A stretch of DNA of 9,153 bases from a virus (taxonomy: Duplodnaviria > Heunggongvirae > Uroviricota > Caudoviricetes): the IMG/VR virus record IMGVR_UViG_2711768069_000016; one strand, written 5' to 3'. The translations under genes were made by a program, and so were the position numbers. Shown piece by piece: positions 7,969-9,153 of the stretch. Under the pieces are notes generated by a model, which did not search any database, was not told the DNA's origin, and was given only the letters and a program-made list of their open reading frames with translations. Each line of letters starts with the position of its first letter. Within the stretch, counting starts at the first letter, position 1.

Positions 7969-7990
7969 ATCTCACACCGAGATTATTTTT
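7969..7990 (+). terminator. Weak candidate terminator between convergent tfa and pin
   Basis: ATCTC (7969-7973) - acacc - GAGAT (7979-7983), then t a TTTTT (7986-7990). Short AU-rich stem, so low confidence. Overlaps the pin stop codon. Confidence 0.3.
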
Positions 7991-8580
7991 TATATGTCAG
8001 GTGTCTGAAGTTTTGCTTTGGCTCTTAAAATGGTTTGCCGCGAGGTTTTGAATTCCCGGGCAATGGCACTTATACTTACACCTGACTTAATTCGTTCGAA
8101 TACCACCTGTTTCTGTTCTTCATTTAACACAGGTGGTCGACCAAAACGTTTCCCTGCGCCGCGGGCTCTTACTATCCCGGAATGAGTGCGTTCAAGTAAA
8201 AGGTCTCGTTCAAATTCAGCGACTGCTGAAATTACGTGCATCATCATTTTTCCTGTTGGACTGGTCAGGTCAATGCCCCCCAATGCTAAGCAATGCACTC
8301 TGATACCTGTTTCGGTCAGTTGTTCCACTGTTTTCCTGATATCCATTGCATTACAACCAAGGCGATCCAGTTTTGTCACAATCAATTGATCACCACATTT
8401 CAGGCGAGCAAGCAACCGGTTAAAACCAGGACGCTCACTGGTTGCTGCTGAGCCGCTAATGTGTTCTTCGATTATTTGCTGAGGTTTGATTTTAAAACCT
8501 GCACTTTCGATTTCCCGGCGTTGATTTTCGGTGGTCTGATCCAGCGTTGATATCCGACAGTAAGCAAAAATTCGAGACAT
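7990..8580 (-). CDS. pinQ: Serine recombinase, DNA invertase of the Pin/Gin/Hin family (196 aa)
   Basis: N-terminal catalytic motif YCRISTLDQ (nucleophilic Ser), resolvase-type core, and a C-terminal HTH ([22 protein letters not shown]). Matches my recollection of the Qin/Rac Pin paralogues. Confidence 0.93.
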   Translation of the reverse strand: MSRIFAYCRISTLDQTTENQRREIESAGFKIKPQQIIEEHISGSAATSERPGFNRLLARLKCGDQLIVTKLDRLGCNAMDIRKTVEQLTETGIRVHCLALGGIDLTSPTGKMMMHVISAVAEFERDLLLERTHSGIVRARGAGKRFGRPPVLNEEQKQVVFERIKSGVSISAIAREFKTSRQTILRAKAKLQTPDI

Positions 8581-8896
8581 AGTGAGACTCTATACGAAAT
8601 TGGTGTTCATATCATAATGCATCTCAGAAAATAATTTTGATTATTTTTGTGCATATTTGTATGTACACGTTCGAAAATAAACGAATGCGTATGCAACCCC
8701 GTAACTTTGGTGAGACCCAAAATCGATTTTGTGAAAAATGGCTTTAACTCGGTTTGTTTTTCGAGTTCCGGGCGGACTCAAGGAAGAAGAATAGTGTTGC
8801 GTGTTATTTTAACCAGATTTCAAGTTGTTTGGTCGTGGAAAAGTGGAGCAAAATGTTGTTAAAGTGGAAAAATGATAAAAAAGTAAGTTTATTATA

Positions 8897-9085
8897 TTAC
8901 ATTTTACCATTTAAATTTTGGTTGTCTTTAAGAACTGATATCGCTGTTTGTAATAATTCTTTGTTATCCAGCCATGATTTTTTCTTTATGTTTCCTTCAA
9001 TGTAATCAAGCAATGTTCTGGTATTGATAGGTCTTCCCTGTTTTGCTACTTCCACTACAGCATCCCCTAGGGAAGGTGCGAACAA
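8897..9085 (-). CDS. ydfK: YdfK/YnaE-like small ORF (62 codons from a TTG), start unresolved
   Basis: Frame encodes ...LGDAVVEVAKQGRPINTRTLLDYIEGNIKKKSWLDNKELLQTAISVLKDNQNLNGKM. There is no in-frame ATG; the track start is TTG at 9085, and an in-frame stop lies 5 codons upstream. An ATG at 9147 opens a different frame that overlaps this region. Sits next to the pin 5' end, where I recall ydfK in Qin. Confidence 0.4.
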   Translation of the reverse strand: MFAPSLGDAVVEVAKQGRPINTRTLLDYIEGNIKKKSWLDNKELLQTAISVLKDNQNLNGKM

Positions 9086-9153
9086 GTTCCTGATATGAGA
9101 TCATCATATTCATCCGGAGCGCATCCCAGAGGGACATCATGAGCCATCAACTC

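Noticed and set aside
8186-8389. 67-aa + strand ORF inside pin
   Set aside because: Antisense to a confidently identified serine recombinase.
7965-8770. Inverted ACCGAG motifs flanking pin (about 7975 and 8745) as crossover sites
   Set aside because: Only 6-8 bp are shared and the flanks do not match a 26-bp hix/gix-type site; compatible with chance.
8647-9005. + strand ORFs of 71 aa and 83 aa between pin and the ydfK-like ORF
   Set aside because: AT-rich region, no RBS, Cys/Phe-rich translations; more likely the pin promoter region and the ydfK 3' flank.

Overview
This window reads as the late end of a defective lambdoid prophage, and I recognise the gene order and proteins as the Escherichia coli Qin-type cryptic prophage. 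I found no CRISPR array, no tRNA/rRNA gene and no convincing novel defence system; the findings are modest-interest leads, not a discovery. Left to right: cspB with a cold-shock-type promoter and long 5'UTR; a 3' region with two SD-led mini-ORFs and a terminator; a small antisense zinc-ribbon ORF; a translationally coupled lysis cassette (phage-21-type pinholin, ydfR-like gene, SAR endolysin, Rz with embedded Rz1); cspI; a zinc-ribbon remnant; a 76-aa ORF; gnsB; ydfO and an RHH protein on the minus strand; an intact lambda-type cos site; a Nu1 N-terminal remnant joined out of frame to a J tail-tip fragment and a side-tail-fibre C-terminus; tfa; a Pin-family invertase (minus); and a ydfK-like ORF at the right edge. 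The items most worth a second look are the retained cos/cosB beside a Nu1 DNA-binding-domain remnant, the RHH plus DUF1398 pair next to cos, the extra gene inside the lysis cassette, and several unannotated small ORFs. All identifications are from reading the sequence and recalling protein families; no database search was run, so gene symbols are best-recollection assignments.
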